Shown here piece after piece: positions 47,408-58,098 of a DNA stretch of 64,000 bases (its first letter is position 1; each line of letters opens with the position of its first letter). A program made the translations under genes and the position numbers. The notes beneath the pieces are model-generated. The model did no database searches and was not told the DNA's origin. It was given only the letters and a program-made list of their open reading frames with translations. The stretch comes from Bacteroidales bacterium (lineage in GTDB: Bacteria > Bacteroidota > Bacteroidia > Bacteroidales > JAADJA01): contig JALSSR010000095.1 of the NCBI GenBank assembly GCA_026984135.1, positions 1,840-65,839 of the forward strand. The letters are read 5' to 3'.

Positions 47408-48955
47408 TTAAAATGGTGGAATACCATGTTTCTTGTTAGGAATATACTCAATCTTCGATTCTGAAATTTCCAATGCATGCATTAGGAAGTTTCTTGTTTC
47501 GAAAGGTTCGATCACGGCATCAATATATCCATAAGCTGCAGCCACATAAGGATTTGCGAATTTATTTTTATACTCTTTAACCTTCAGTTTACGCATTTCA
47601 TCCGGATTTTCAGCATTTTTTATTTCATTTCTGAAAATGATATTTGCAGCACCTTCGGGTCCCATAACGGCAATTTCCGCCGTTGGCCATGCACAAACGA
47701 AGTCAGCCCTGAGATGGTGGGAACACATTGCAATATATCCGCCACCATAAGCTTTACGCATAATAACCGTGATTTTCGGTACTGTTGCTTCCGAATAAGC
47801 ATACAGCAGTTTTGCGCCATGCCTGATAACTCCGGCGTGTTCCTGATCAACACCCGGTAAATATCCCGGCAGGTCAACCAACGTTACAAGCGGAATGTTG
47901 AAAGAGTCGCAATATCTTATAAATCTGGCAGCTTTATCCGAAGAATCCACATCAAGGACACCGGCAAGAACCAAAGGCTGATTTGCAACAAAACCCACTG
48001 ATTGGCCTGCAATTCGTGCAAATCCAATAACGATATTTGCCGCAAACATTTCCTGAATCTCAAAAAATTCGGAATCATCACAAATAGCTTTTATAACATC
48101 CCGAACATCATAAGGCTGGCGGGGATCGGAAGGAATAATGTTTTCTATCTTATACTGACGTGTTTTAGGCCCTCTTTTTGGGAAGGTCTCCGCCTTTCGT
48201 TCATTATTCCAGGGAATGAAACTGAAAAGTTTCTTTATCTGACTGAAACTCTCTTCTTCACTTTCGGCATAGAAGTGTGCATTACCCGTTGTTTCGCAAT
48301 GAACGCGGGCACCGCCGAGTTCTTCCATTGATATCTCCTCACCAAGAACAGATTTAATCACCTCCGGGCCGGTAATGAACATTTTAGAGACCTTGTCAAC
48401 TACAAAAACAAAATCTGTTAATGCCGGGGAATAAACAGCCCCACCTGCACAAGGCCCTAAGATGACGGATATTTGAGGGATAACACCGGAGGCCTGCGTG
48501 TTGCGATAAAATATTTCGCCATAACCCGCAAGTGCATTTACACCCTCCTGAATACGAGCACCACCGGAATCGTTAATGCCAATAAGAGGTATTTTAAGCT
48601 TCATTGCATGGTCCATTATCTTGGTTATCTTTTTGGCATGTGCCCAGCCGAGTGAACCGCCTGCAACCGTAAAGTCCTGCGCATAAATACATACAGGATG
48701 CCCGTTAATAGTACCGGTTCCCGTAATAACTCCGTCTCCGGGCAGATACTTCTTATCCATATTGAAGTCTTTCCCGGCATGTTTTACAAAAAGATCGTAT
48801 TCGTGAAAGGATTTATTATCAAGAATTGACATTATCCGTTCGCGGGCGGTCATTTTTCCGGTCGCTTTCTGCTTCTCAATCGCTTTTGTTCCTCCTCCTT
48901 TTACCGCTTCCCGCATCCTTTTTTTAAGGTCGGCTGATTTTTGCTTTAAGCCCAT
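47408..48955 (-). CDS. acyl-CoA carboxyltransferase (methylmalonyl-CoA decarboxylase alpha / propionyl-CoA carboxylase beta family)
   Basis: 515 aa. Carboxyl-transferase N and C domains (GGSLG, DSGGARIQEG, PGYLPG..QEH.G). Confidence 0.9.
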   Translation of the reverse strand: MGLKQKSADLKKRMREAVKGGGTKAIEKQKATGKMTARERIMSILDNKSFHEYDLFVKHAGKDFNMDKKYLPGDGVITGTGTINGHPVCIYAQDFTVAGGSLGWAHAKKITKIMDHAMKLKIPLIGINDSGGARIQEGVNALAGYGEIFYRNTQASGVIPQISVILGPCAGGAVYSPALTDFVFVVDKVSKMFITGPEVIKSVLGEEISMEELGGARVHCETTGNAHFYAESEEESFSQIKKLFSFIPWNNERKAETFPKRGPKTRQYKIENIIPSDPRQPYDVRDVIKAICDDSEFFEIQEMFAANIVIGFARIAGQSVGFVANQPLVLAGVLDVDSSDKAARFIRYCDSFNIPLVTLVDLPGYLPGVDQEHAGVIRHGAKLLYAYSEATVPKITVIMRKAYGGGYIAMCSHHLRADFVCAWPTAEIAVMGPEGAANIIFRNEIKNAENPDEMRKLKVKEYKNKFANPYVAAAYGYIDAVIEPFETRNFLMHALEISESKIEYIPNKKHGIPPF

Positions 48956-49318
48956 ATTTTGTACTTTAGATTATACTTACCTGAGTTAATGTGCTTTTGA
49001 ATCTAATAAACTTATTAGTATCTTAATTTCAATGCCTTATATCAATATAAACTTTGATAACATAATTTAATAATGAACGCAAACTCCTCCAAAGTAATGC
49101 AAAGCTAATTAAAAATAAAACCAAATGTCAAGTTTATTTTGTAATATTTTTAACATTTTTGTATTAAATGCTTATGATACAGTGTGTAATGAACTACCTT
49201 TTTTTTCAAAAGCTCAGCAAAGATAAATTATTTACTTTTTGTATTGTTCAAACATATTTTTTATTTGTTTGTTTATAAATTAATCACGAAAATTTTTATA
49301 TTTGGGCAAAATCAAATT

Positions 49319-49666
49319 ATGAATATTGAGGAATTAAGAGAATATTGCTTATCCAAAAAAGAGGTTACGGAATCCTTTCCTTTCGATGAAACAACTTTGG
49401 TTTTTAAAGTGATGGGAAAGATGTTTTTACTGACCGATACGGAGGGCGATTTTAGCATAAATCTTAAATGTGATCCTGAAAAAGCCGTTGATTTGCGCGA
49501 AAGGTATAGCTCGGTGAAACCGGGATATCATATGAATAAAAAACACTGGAATACAATTTATATTGACGGTTCTGTTGATGACGGACTTATCTGCCGGTGG
49601 ATTGATGATTCTTATGACCTGGTTGTAAGTAAATTGCCCAAATCCAAAAAGGATAAGTGTGGGTAA
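49319..49666 (+). CDS. MmcQ/YjbR-family protein
   Basis: Start moved to MNIEELREYCLSKKEVTESFPFDETTLVFKVMGKMF..., with HMNKKHWNTI. Confidence 0.7.
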   Translation: MNIEELREYCLSKKEVTESFPFDETTLVFKVMGKMFLLTDTEGDFSINLKCDPEKAVDLRERYSSVKPGYHMNKKHWNTIYIDGSVDDGLICRWIDDSYDLVVSKLPKSKKDKCG

Positions 49667-49750
49667 TTAGCTGTAACACACAGTGCTATATGTGAAATTC
49701 TAAAACAGATATGGTCTTTCTCCAAAACATTCATCATCCAAAATTGCATC

Positions 49751-49996
49751 TTATCCGTTATCTTCTGTCTTTTTCTTTTTTCCGGCGAAAATATCGAATA
49801 CCAGATATCCCATTGCCGCACCCCAGAGCATGCTCAGCCATGGATTGGATGTTATGGCACAACTGCCTGAATTACAGCCTACTTTTGCATAATATAAATA
49901 GCCCCCGATAATTCCGGCAATAGCACCGACAGCGGAAATAAGAGGAATTTTTCCGAAGATCATTTTTGTGCTTTTATTTGTTGTTTTTTCTCTCAT
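49751..49996 (-). CDS. small two-TM membrane protein with CNSGSC motif
   Basis: 81 aa. Two hydrophobic helices flank VGCNSGSCAITSNPW. The family is not confidently recognised. Confidence 0.45.
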   Translation of the reverse strand: MREKTTNKSTKMIFGKIPLISAVGAIAGIIGGYLYYAKVGCNSGSCAITSNPWLSMLWGAAMGYLVFDIFAGKKKKTEDNG

Positions 49997-50075
49997 AAAA
50001 TTTGATATTTAAACAAAGGTTTAAACATAAGAGGAGTAAACTGCCTTTGCTTTGACTCAATATTAAAACTTTTTT

Positions 50076-50366
50076 CTATACTTCAATAGAAATTTTAACT
50101 TTCCCACCCAATCCTTTTTCAACTATTTCAAAGAGGGTTTTTAGGGTCAAATTACTTCCGTTATTTTCAACTCTTGAAATGTATGTTCTTTTTTTATCTA
50201 TAATATCTCCTAATTCTTGTTGCGTTAGGTTTTTCTCTTCTCTTGCCTTTTTTAACAAGAGTCCTATTTTAAAAGATTCAAATTCTCTTTCCAATTGATC
50301 CCTTCTTTCAGTCCCTTTTTCTCCGTAAACTGTATCTTTTATTTCAGTCCATGTTTTTGTTTTCAT
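50076..50366 (-). CDS. XRE-family HTH protein (HigA-like antitoxin)
   Basis: KNLTQQELGDIIDKKRTYISRVENNGSNLTLKTLFEIV helix-turn-helix; 96 aa. Confidence 0.75.
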   Translation of the reverse strand: MKTKTWTEIKDTVYGEKGTERRDQLEREFESFKIGLLLKKAREEKNLTQQELGDIIDKKRTYISRVENNGSNLTLKTLFEIVEKGLGGKVKISIEV

Positions 50367-50532
50367 CTTGTCTCCTCCTTTTTCTCATTATAATAATCAT
50401 TCATTAGTTTTAAAGCTTTATATATTTCTTTTTTTGGTGTCTTTTGTGTTTTTTTGTAAATCCATTTAATAGTATTACAAGTTTACCTTCATCAAAAAAG
50501 CAAAATACTCTCCATATATTTGAAGCTAAAAA
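50363..50532 (-). pseudogene. 5'-truncated, frameshifted RelE/Gp49(HigB)-like toxin remnant
   Basis: My translation: FLASNIWRVFCFFDEGKLVILLNGFTKK / (shift in an A-run) TQKTPKKEIYKALKLMNDYYNEKKEETR*. Its TGA overlaps the antitoxin ATG. The N-terminal half is absent because the thioredoxin gene ends at 50549. Confidence 0.6.
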
Positions 50533-50548
50533 CTATAGAATCAAGATA

Positions 50549-50980
50549 TTACATATAAGTATTAATTGACTTCATCAGGACACCTTTGGGCTTAACTCCG
50601 ACAAAACGTTTTACCATTTTCCCGTCCTTAAAAAGCATCAGCGTAGGAATATTTTGTATTCCGAGCTTTGCAGAAACCCTTCTGTTGTGATCAACATCCA
50701 GTTTACAGATATTAACTTTGTCTCCGATTTCATCGGCAATTTCGTCAATTATCGGTCCCTGAACTTTACAGGGAGTACACCATTCCGCCCAAAAATCAAT
50801 CAATGTGATACCTGATTTGATTATTTGCTCAAAGTTTTGATCCGTCAGAATTTTTACATTTTCCGACGGCGGAGCGTTAAGTCTTTTTCTTGATTTCAGA
50901 AAATTGTAAAAGATAAATCCGATTAATAAAACCGCAATGATAATGGAAATCGTGTTTCCCGTTCCTGCCAATTGTAACAT
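50549..50980 (-). CDS. membrane-anchored thioredoxin
   Basis: N-terminal TM helix plus FWAEWCTPCK active site. Confidence 0.85.
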   Translation of the reverse strand: MLQLAGTGNTISIIIAVLLIGFIFYNFLKSRKRLNAPPSENVKILTDQNFEQIIKSGITLIDFWAEWCTPCKVQGPIIDEIADEIGDKVNICKLDVDHNRRVSAKLGIQNIPTLMLFKDGKMVKRFVGVKPKGVLMKSINTYM

Positions 50981-50981
50981 T

Positions 50982-51308
50982 TTAAATATATTTTTTAATT
51001 ACCGATATAATACTTTCTTTGGGTTGTACACCTGTAAAATGATGAACCTTTTCGCCGTTTTTAAACAATAACAGTGTGGGAATGTTCATTACCCCGTATT
51101 TATTTGTCAAAAGACGATTGTCATCCGCATTCACTTTCGCCATAATTAACTTTCCGGCAAACTCATTTGCAATAATTTCAAGAATGGGGTCAAGAACCTT
51201 ACAGGGTTCGCACCATTCAGCCCAAAAATCAACAAGAACAAGGCTCCCGGAAAGGGTTTTGTCAAAATCCGGATAGTTTAAATTTATGATACGTGATTTT
51301 TTGTTCAT
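50982..51308 (-). CDS. trxA: thioredoxin
   Basis: 108 aa with FWAEWCEPCK active site. Confidence 0.85.
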   Translation of the reverse strand: MNKKSRIINLNYPDFDKTLSGSLVLVDFWAEWCEPCKVLDPILEIIANEFAGKLIMAKVNADDNRLLTNKYGVMNIPTLLLFKNGEKVHHFTGVQPKESIISVIKKYI

Positions 51309-51361
51309 TAGTTTTTACTTTTTCATTACAAAATGCCAAAAGCCGAAAGATTGTCGTCTTG

Positions 51362-53788
51362 CTATTTGAATTTCACCACTGTAATTCCGTGCCCTCCTCT
51401 TTCGATATGTTCGTCCTTAAAGTTTTTTATTTCGGGAACGGTATTCAGATAATCGTGTATCAGCGACCGTAATATCCCGAATCCCTTGCCGTGCAATATC
51501 CTTACTTCGCCTATATTCAGCACGATAGCATCGTCAATATACTGTTTTACAATGTCGAGAGCCTCCTCACCGCGCTTTCCCCTGACGTCAATCTGCAAAT
51601 TGAAATTAGCTGATTTTTTATTTATCTCATCGGCAATAGCCGAATAACGACGGTTACCGGATACCGCGCTTACCGGCTTTTTCGGCTTGTTTGTTATTTC
51701 AATCTTGTCGAGTGTGGTTTTTAATGTCACCGACTTGAACGAAAGTACCACCTCATCACCTTTAACAGTCAAAACTTCCGCAACAACTCCCTGTTCTTTT
51801 AGTTTTACGACGTCACCTGTCGAAATGGGTTTGGCAATGTGTTTTACGGTTGCTTTCTTTTCTTTTTTATCTTTTACAGGGACTTTCCCGGCAGGTTTAA
51901 GTTCAGCTGCTATTTTCTTTTCCTGTTCACGCAATTTCTCCCTCAGTTTTTTTGTTTTCACTTTATCGGCCTGAGCTTCCCTGATCTCCCGTATTGTGTT
52001 TTCAATAAGTTTATTCGAGGCTCCTACTATTTCAAGAGCCTCCTGTTTAGCTTTTTGTATGATTTCTTCCTTTTTGAGTTTCAGTTCTTTTGAAAGTTTT
52101 TCATATTTATCAATCATCTCGCTCAGAAAAGTGTCGGCAACGTTCACCTCCTCCTTTTTCTTTTCCAGTTCCTTTCTTTCAATATCCAGTTGCTGAAGTT
52201 GCTCGTCGAAATCCAGTTGTTTTTTTCCTGTCTTTTTTTCGGCATTTTTCAATACATCTTTCGGGAAACCGATTTTACGTGCTATCTCAAAGGCAAATGA
52301 GCTGCCGGGTTTCCCTATCTTTAATTTGAACAAGGGCTGCATCTTTTTTGTATCGAACAGCATAGCGCCGTTCACAATACCGTTACCCTCTTTCGACATC
52401 AGTTTCAGATTTGAGTAATGAGTCGTCACCACTCCGAAAGCTTTTTTCCGGTTTAACTTCTCAAGAACAGCTTCCGCAATGGCACCTCCGAGTTGCGGCT
52501 CCGTTCCCGTACCGAACTCATCAATGAGAAAAAGGGTTTTTTCGTCAGAGTGGTTTACAAAATGCTTCATATTTAGCAAATGCGAACTGTATGTACTCAA
52601 GTCGTTCTCAAGGGATTGTTCGTCACCGATATCAATGAAAAGATTTTTAAACAAACCTGCTTCCGAATCGCTCTTTACCGGGATTAATAAGCCGCACTGC
52701 AACATATATTGTAACAAACCCACTGTGGTGAGGCATACCGACTTGCCACCCGCATTGGGCCCTGAAATAACAAGAATACGGTTTTCGTTGTCAAGCTTTA
52801 TATTGAGTGGTATGACGGGTTTATTCTGTTTTTTATGTGCAAGTAAAAGCAAAGGGTGGACCGCCTTGTTCCAATTAATTAGCGGTTGTGATGAAAGTAA
52901 AGGTTTTACGGCATCTATCTCAATGGCAAACAACGCTTTGGCACGTATGAAATCTATCAGACCGAGAAACTTATAAGCCTCTGTCAGTGCGGGAATTGCA
53001 GGACGTAAAAAATCTGAAAATTCTTTCAGGATATTGACTATCTCTCTGCGCTCTGCGCTTTCCAGCTCTCTGATACGGTTATGTGCTTCGAAAACTTCAA
53101 CGGGCTCAATATAAACCGTTTGCCCCGTGGCGGACTCATCAAGCACCACACCCTGTAATGCCCTTTTGTGAGCTGCCGCAACCGGAACGGCAAGCCTGCC
53201 GTCGCGTATGGTAACCTCCGCATCCCCGGTCGTGTAGCCGAGCCGCTTGGCTTCACTCAACGATTTTCGTATCTTCCGGTCAATCGAAGATTGTTCGTGC
53301 GTTAGTTCTTTCCTTATCCCGGCAAGCTTTTGCGAAGCGCTGTTTTTAATTTTTCCGTTATCGTCAATTATCTCTTCTATTCTTATAATTATTGATCTTT
53401 CGACAAATATATTGGTTGATAATGATATGAGATTCGGATAATCCTGTTTGTTGAGTTTTTTTAAAAAAAGGAGGATGTCATAAATGGTTGCCAATGAAGA
53501 TTTAAGGTCGAATAGTTTTTCCTGTTCTATGTAAGTGCCTTCAAGTTTTATCCTGTTAAGTTCGGGAGTAAGGTCAAAATAGTCCTGTGCAGGAAATCCG
53601 GGCTCTTCCGACAGCATATTTTTAAACTCGGCAGTTTGGTTTAGCAGCCGGCTGATTAATGAATGGTCGGATAAGAACGAAAGCCTTTCAACATAGTATA
53701 ATCCCTGAGGGCTTAAACATTTGTCGGCTATCAGGTTTCTTATCTTGTCAAAACCTGTTTTTCCTTCAAAATTCTTCGGATAAATCAT
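51362..53788 (-). CDS. mutS2: endonuclease MutS2 (MutS domain V ATPase + C-terminal Smr domain)
   Basis: Walker A ISGPNAGGKS, long coiled coil, and an Smr-like C-terminus (DVRGKRGEEAL...ILHGKGFGILR). Confidence 0.9.
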   Translation of the reverse strand: MIYPKNFEGKTGFDKIRNLIADKCLSPQGLYYVERLSFLSDHSLISRLLNQTAEFKNMLSEEPGFPAQDYFDLTPELNRIKLEGTYIEQEKLFDLKSSLATIYDILLFLKKLNKQDYPNLISLSTNIFVERSIIIRIEEIIDDNGKIKNSASQKLAGIRKELTHEQSSIDRKIRKSLSEAKRLGYTTGDAEVTIRDGRLAVPVAAAHKRALQGVVLDESATGQTVYIEPVEVFEAHNRIRELESAERREIVNILKEFSDFLRPAIPALTEAYKFLGLIDFIRAKALFAIEIDAVKPLLSSQPLINWNKAVHPLLLLAHKKQNKPVIPLNIKLDNENRILVISGPNAGGKSVCLTTVGLLQYMLQCGLLIPVKSDSEAGLFKNLFIDIGDEQSLENDLSTYSSHLLNMKHFVNHSDEKTLFLIDEFGTGTEPQLGGAIAEAVLEKLNRKKAFGVVTTHYSNLKLMSKEGNGIVNGAMLFDTKKMQPLFKLKIGKPGSSFAFEIARKIGFPKDVLKNAEKKTGKKQLDFDEQLQQLDIERKELEKKKEEVNVADTFLSEMIDKYEKLSKELKLKKEEIIQKAKQEALEIVGASNKLIENTIREIREAQADKVKTKKLREKLREQEKKIAAELKPAGKVPVKDKKEKKATVKHIAKPISTGDVVKLKEQGVVAEVLTVKGDEVVLSFKSVTLKTTLDKIEITNKPKKPVSAVSGNRRYSAIADEINKKSANFNLQIDVRGKRGEEALDIVKQYIDDAIVLNIGEVRILHGKGFGILRSLIHDYLNTVPEIKNFKDEHIERGGHGITVVKFK

Positions 53789-54011
53789 CGGGCAAAGTTA
53801 AATCAATTTATAAATTAAAAAAATATTAGTAACTTTGCGATATTGTTTTCGGGGTTGGACGAAACTGACATGACAGAGCGAAAGGAGAAGTTTATAAAGA
53901 CCTTGATAATATACACGTTCGGCAATTTGGACGTAACATCAAACGATAAAATAAAACACTTTGTAAGATGGGATTTTGTGTTTTAATAAGATAAAATTTA
54001 CAAATTTGTTT

Positions 54012-56543
54012 ATGAATAAAACATCATTTTACCTGTTAATATTTTTATCAACATTTATTAGTTTCTCCTGCATTCGCCAACCCGTTTCGGAAAAGACCCT
54101 TGATCAAAACTGGCAATTTACCCGGTCGGGTAAAAACGATTGGCACAAAGCCACCGTTCCCGGGGTTGTACATACCGACCTTCTAAACGGAAAACTTATT
54201 GACGATCCCTTTTTCGGTGTTAATGAACAAAAACTGCAATGGATAGGCCAAAGCGACTGGGAGTACAGGACAACCTTTATAGCTGATGAGGATTTATTTG
54301 AAAACGAGCATATCGAAATAGTATTTACGGGACTGGATACATATTCCGGTATTTTCCTGAACGGCAATCCGGTTTTGGAGACCGATAATATGTTCAGAAA
54401 ATGGAGGATTGATTGCAAAGGCAAACTTAAGGAAGGCGAAAACGAGTTGACGGTAAAGTTTTACAGTCCTTTGAAAATAGACTCTTTAAAAGCATCGAAA
54501 CTTCCTTACAGACTACCCGACAGCCGTGCATTTACCCGCAAAGCACCCTATCAGTACGGTTGGGACTGGGGTTCGCGTTTCATTACAATGGGAATATGGA
54601 AATCCGTTTACCTTCGTACCTGGAACGATGCGCGCATTGAGAACATAAGGATTGTTCAGGATTCGGTTACGAAAGATACCGCTTTTTATACATCGTATTT
54701 TGAGATTGAATCTTCAAATGAACAGGACGGATTTCTTTCCGTTTTTGACGATAAGGAGGATGAGATTATCAACAAGGTGAGGGTCAGGCTTGCAACCGGA
54801 ACAAAAGAGTATCCCGTAACATTTTATGTTGACAATCCCAAACTTTGGTGGACCAACGGTCTTGGGAAGCAAAATTTGTACTATTTCCGGTTTCTGATGC
54901 AAACCAATCATTCCATTGATGAAAAGCACAGACGTATAGGTGTGAGGACACTTGAGCTTGTGCAGCAACCCGATTCTGCAGGCGAGAGTTTCTATTTTCG
55001 TCTTAACGGTGTTCCGCTTTTCATCAAAGGCGCCAACTATATTCCGCAGGACAATTTTTTGCCGCGCATAACTACAAATGACTATGGTAAGGTTATTAAA
55101 TCGGCTGTTGATGCCAATATGAACATGCTTCGTGTGTGGGGCGGCGGCATTTACGGTGACGACAGATTTTATGACCTTTGTGACGAAAAAGGGATGCTCG
55201 TTTGGCAGGATTTTATGTTTGCCTGTAATATGTATCCCGGCGACACGGCATTTCTGAATAATGTCAGGCAGGAAGCCACGGAGCAGGTCAAGCGTATTCA
55301 GTATCATCCTTCATTGGCATTGTGGTGCGGCAATAATGAGTCGGATGAGGGCTGGCATAATTGGGGCTGGCAAAAATCCCTAAATTATTCAAAAGATGAT
55401 TCCGTGAAGATATGGAGCGATTATCTTCATCTGTTTGAAAAGATACTACCCGGTATCGTGAAAAAATACTCTCCGTCAACAAATTATATTCCGTCGTCAC
55501 CGCGTATCGGATGGGGGCATAAAGAAGCTCTTAGGGAAGGTGATATGCACTACTGGGGTGTGTGGTGGGGCGAAGAACCATTTGAAATGTATGAGAAAAA
55601 AACAGGCCGTTTTATGAGTGAGTACGGTTTTCAGGGATTTCCCGATATCAAAACATTACGTACCTGTCTCGATACTTCCGACCTTAGACTTGATTCAAAA
55701 GCATTGAAAAATCACGATAAACATCCGCGGGGTCTGGAGTTGATAAACACTTATATGGAACGTGAGTATAAAGTGCCGGAAGATTTTGAGAAATATGATT
55801 ATGTTAGTCAACTTGTTCAGGCTTATGGGGTTACGAAGGCCATAGAAGACCACCGCCGAGCAAAACCGTACTGCATGGGAACTTTGTACTGGCAGTTGAA
55901 CGATTGTTGGCCCGTGATTTCGTGGTCAAGCGTTGATTATTACAACAGGTGGAAAGCTCTTCACTATTTTGTGAGGGTGGCATACAAACCGCTGCTTATC
56001 TCCTTTGAAAAAACGAATGATTCATTGCATATTTTTGTCGTTTCCGACAAACAAAAGCAATATCAGGCAAATCTTGAACTTAAAATGACAGGCTTTGCAG
56101 GTACAAAGATTTGGAGTAAGACCATACCCGTGACCATTGAAAAAAATTCATCCGCTGTTTTTTTCAATGAAAAGGCCGGTAATCTAATTAAAGGACTTTC
56201 ACCCGACACTGTAGTATTATCGGCAAAGGTGATATGGAAAGGACTTATGCTTACGGAAAAAAATTATTTTTTCGCACTGCCGAAAGACTTGAAACTTACC
56301 GACCCTGAAATCACAACTAAAATAAAAGCGACATCCGAAGGTTACCGGATAATCGTTGCCACCCGAAAACTTGCAAAAAATATTTATCTCTCAATTGATG
56401 AGGATGGGTTTTTTACGGAAAACTATTTCGATCTCCTCCCCGGCGAGTTTAAGGTTGTGGATTTTAAAACGGATAAAGATATTGAACGTTTTGATAAGAA
56501 GCTGAAAATTTGGACAGTGAATACAATAACGAAGTATAAATAA
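54012..56543 (+). CDS. GH2-family beta-mannosidase
   Basis: Start moved to MNKTSFYLLIFLSTF (signal peptide). Typical beta-mannosidase blocks (NWQF...ATVPG.VHTDL, GANYIP, WCGNNE, SEYGFQ). Confidence 0.8.
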   Translation: MNKTSFYLLIFLSTFISFSCIRQPVSEKTLDQNWQFTRSGKNDWHKATVPGVVHTDLLNGKLIDDPFFGVNEQKLQWIGQSDWEYRTTFIADEDLFENEHIEIVFTGLDTYSGIFLNGNPVLETDNMFRKWRIDCKGKLKEGENELTVKFYSPLKIDSLKASKLPYRLPDSRAFTRKAPYQYGWDWGSRFITMGIWKSVYLRTWNDARIENIRIVQDSVTKDTAFYTSYFEIESSNEQDGFLSVFDDKEDEIINKVRVRLATGTKEYPVTFYVDNPKLWWTNGLGKQNLYYFRFLMQTNHSIDEKHRRIGVRTLELVQQPDSAGESFYFRLNGVPLFIKGANYIPQDNFLPRITTNDYGKVIKSAVDANMNMLRVWGGGIYGDDRFYDLCDEKGMLVWQDFMFACNMYPGDTAFLNNVRQEATEQVKRIQYHPSLALWCGNNESDEGWHNWGWQKSLNYSKDDSVKIWSDYLHLFEKILPGIVKKYSPSTNYIPSSPRIGWGHKEALREGDMHYWGVWWGEEPFEMYEKKTGRFMSEYGFQGFPDIKTLRTCLDTSDLRLDSKALKNHDKHPRGLELINTYMEREYKVPEDFEKYDYVSQLVQAYGVTKAIEDHRRAKPYCMGTLYWQLNDCWPVISWSSVDYYNRWKALHYFVRVAYKPLLISFEKTNDSLHIFVVSDKQKQYQANLELKMTGFAGTKIWSKTIPVTIEKNSSAVFFNEKAGNLIKGLSPDTVVLSAKVIWKGLMLTEKNYFFALPKDLKLTDPEITTKIKATSEGYRIIVATRKLAKNIYLSIDEDGFFTENYFDLLPGEFKVVDFKTDKDIERFDKKLKIWTVNTITKYK

Positions 56544-56755
56544 AAGTAACCTTATTCTGTCAAAATATCCGAAAAAGATTACTTTTGAAGATATGCTTTT
56601 GAATAATTTACTGAGAATAAATAATTGTGTTATTTATCTCAAAACGTATTATTAATTAAAGAAATAATACTTAGAATAAATCCCATTGTTAGCACTGTCC
56701 TTATTTAGATTGCAATTAAATTAGTCTTTTCGTTTTGAAAAGAAATAATTTATTT

Positions 56756-56763
56756 TACTTTTG
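56756..56763 (+). promoter_or_regulatory. candidate -7 box TACTTTTG
   Basis: TAnnTTTG match 52 nt upstream of the ATG at 56815. Confidence 0.4.
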
Positions 56764-56814
56764 CAATTGTTAATAAAATAACAGACATTTTTACTTACCT
56801 AAAAAAGAGTTGTA

Positions 56815-58098
56815 ATGAAAAGGATTATCATTTTTTTATTCATTGCCCTTCCGTTAATCTCTTTAACACAGGACAAAAAAAAGTTCGGAATTAAATTTCA
56901 TGGATTTGTTAAAACAGACATCTTTTTTGACACGCGTCAAACTGTTGATGCACGCGAAGGACATTTTCTACTTTATCCCAAAAATGAAGACCTTGATGCT
57001 CTTGGTACGGATATCAATGCTGCTTCCAAGTTCAACATTTTGGCCATTCAAACCAGGATAAAAGGAGTTATCACAGGCCCGGATATTTGGGGTGCAAAGA
57101 CTTCAGGCCTTATTGAAGGAGCCTTTTTCGGAAATATCGGAACCGACATTAACGGATTCAGGCTCAGGCATGCTTTCGTAAAACTTGCCTGGCCCAAAAC
57201 GGAGCTTTTGATAGGACAGTATTGGCATCCTATGTTCGTGACCGGATGTTTTCCGGGTACGGTTTCGTTCAATACGGGAGCTCCTTTCGAGCCTTTTGCC
57301 AGGAACCCGCAGGTGCGCTTCACAAAAAAGTTCGGGAAAGTCAATTTAATTGCAACTGCGCTCGAACAGGTTGACTTTGTAAGTGCGGGTCCCTACGGTG
57401 CAAGCCGGAAATACCTTATAAATTCGGCAATGCCCGAATTTGATCTCAGACTGGAATATAAGTCGGAAAAGTTTTATGCCGGGGCAGGTGCCAACTATAA
57501 AAGGTTAAAACCGTTATTAAGTATCAGAACAATCGGAACGAACGAAACAATCTCTTTAAAAGCTAAAGATTATGCTTCGGGAATGAGCTATTACGGATTT
57601 GTCAAGATTGCTCCGAAGCCGGTTACTATTAAACTTTACGGGATTTACGGACAAATGTTGTACAGTATGACAATGCTCGGCGGATATGCCGTCTCGGGAG
57701 TTGATTCCACTTTGGTTTCGGGTGAATATGCTTATTCGGGATTTGACTATACTCCCATTAACACATTGTCATTCTGGCTCGATTTCAACACCAACGGAAA
57801 GAAACTCAAAGTCGGACTTTTTGCCGGATACTCAAAAAATTTGGGAACATCGGACAAAGAGTATGATTTCCCGGATGGTGACAGAATATATGCCAGAGGT
57901 GCAAATATAGCTTATGCTTACAGGATAGCACCGAGACTTATTTATAACATAGGCAAGTTCAGAATAGCTCCGGAGCTGGAATACACTGTGGCTGCTTATG
58001 CTGTGAAAGATTCGACAACCGATGAGTTCGGGGTGATTTCCAATCCGAAAGAGATTGGTAACTTTAGGGTTTTATTGGGAGCCTATTTTTTCTTTTAA
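56815..58098 (+). CDS. outer-membrane beta-barrel porin-like protein
   Basis: Signal peptide, alternating amphipathic strands, C-terminal aromatic residue (...LLGAYFFF). Confidence 0.6.
   Translation: MKRIIIFLFIALPLISLTQDKKKFGIKFHGFVKTDIFFDTRQTVDAREGHFLLYPKNEDLDALGTDINAASKFNILAIQTRIKGVITGPDIWGAKTSGLIEGAFFGNIGTDINGFRLRHAFVKLAWPKTELLIGQYWHPMFVTGCFPGTVSFNTGAPFEPFARNPQVRFTKKFGKVNLIATALEQVDFVSAGPYGASRKYLINSAMPEFDLRLEYKSEKFYAGAGANYKRLKPLLSIRTIGTNETISLKAKDYASGMSYYGFVKIAPKPVTIKLYGIYGQMLYSMTMLGGYAVSGVDSTLVSGEYAYSGFDYTPINTLSFWLDFNTNGKKLKVGLFAGYSKNLGTSDKEYDFPDGDRIYARGANIAYAYRIAPRLIYNIGKFRIAPELEYTVAAYAVKDSTTDEFGVISNPKEIGNFRVLLGAYFFF

Noticed and set aside
47054-48955. Possible incomplete Na+-pumping methylmalonyl-CoA decarboxylase operon (alpha and biotin-carrier subunits present, no membrane beta subunit adjacent)
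   Set aside because: The absence of the beta subunit within a few kb is not informative without the rest of the genome. The pair also fits other biotin-dependent carboxylase or transcarboxylase arrangements.
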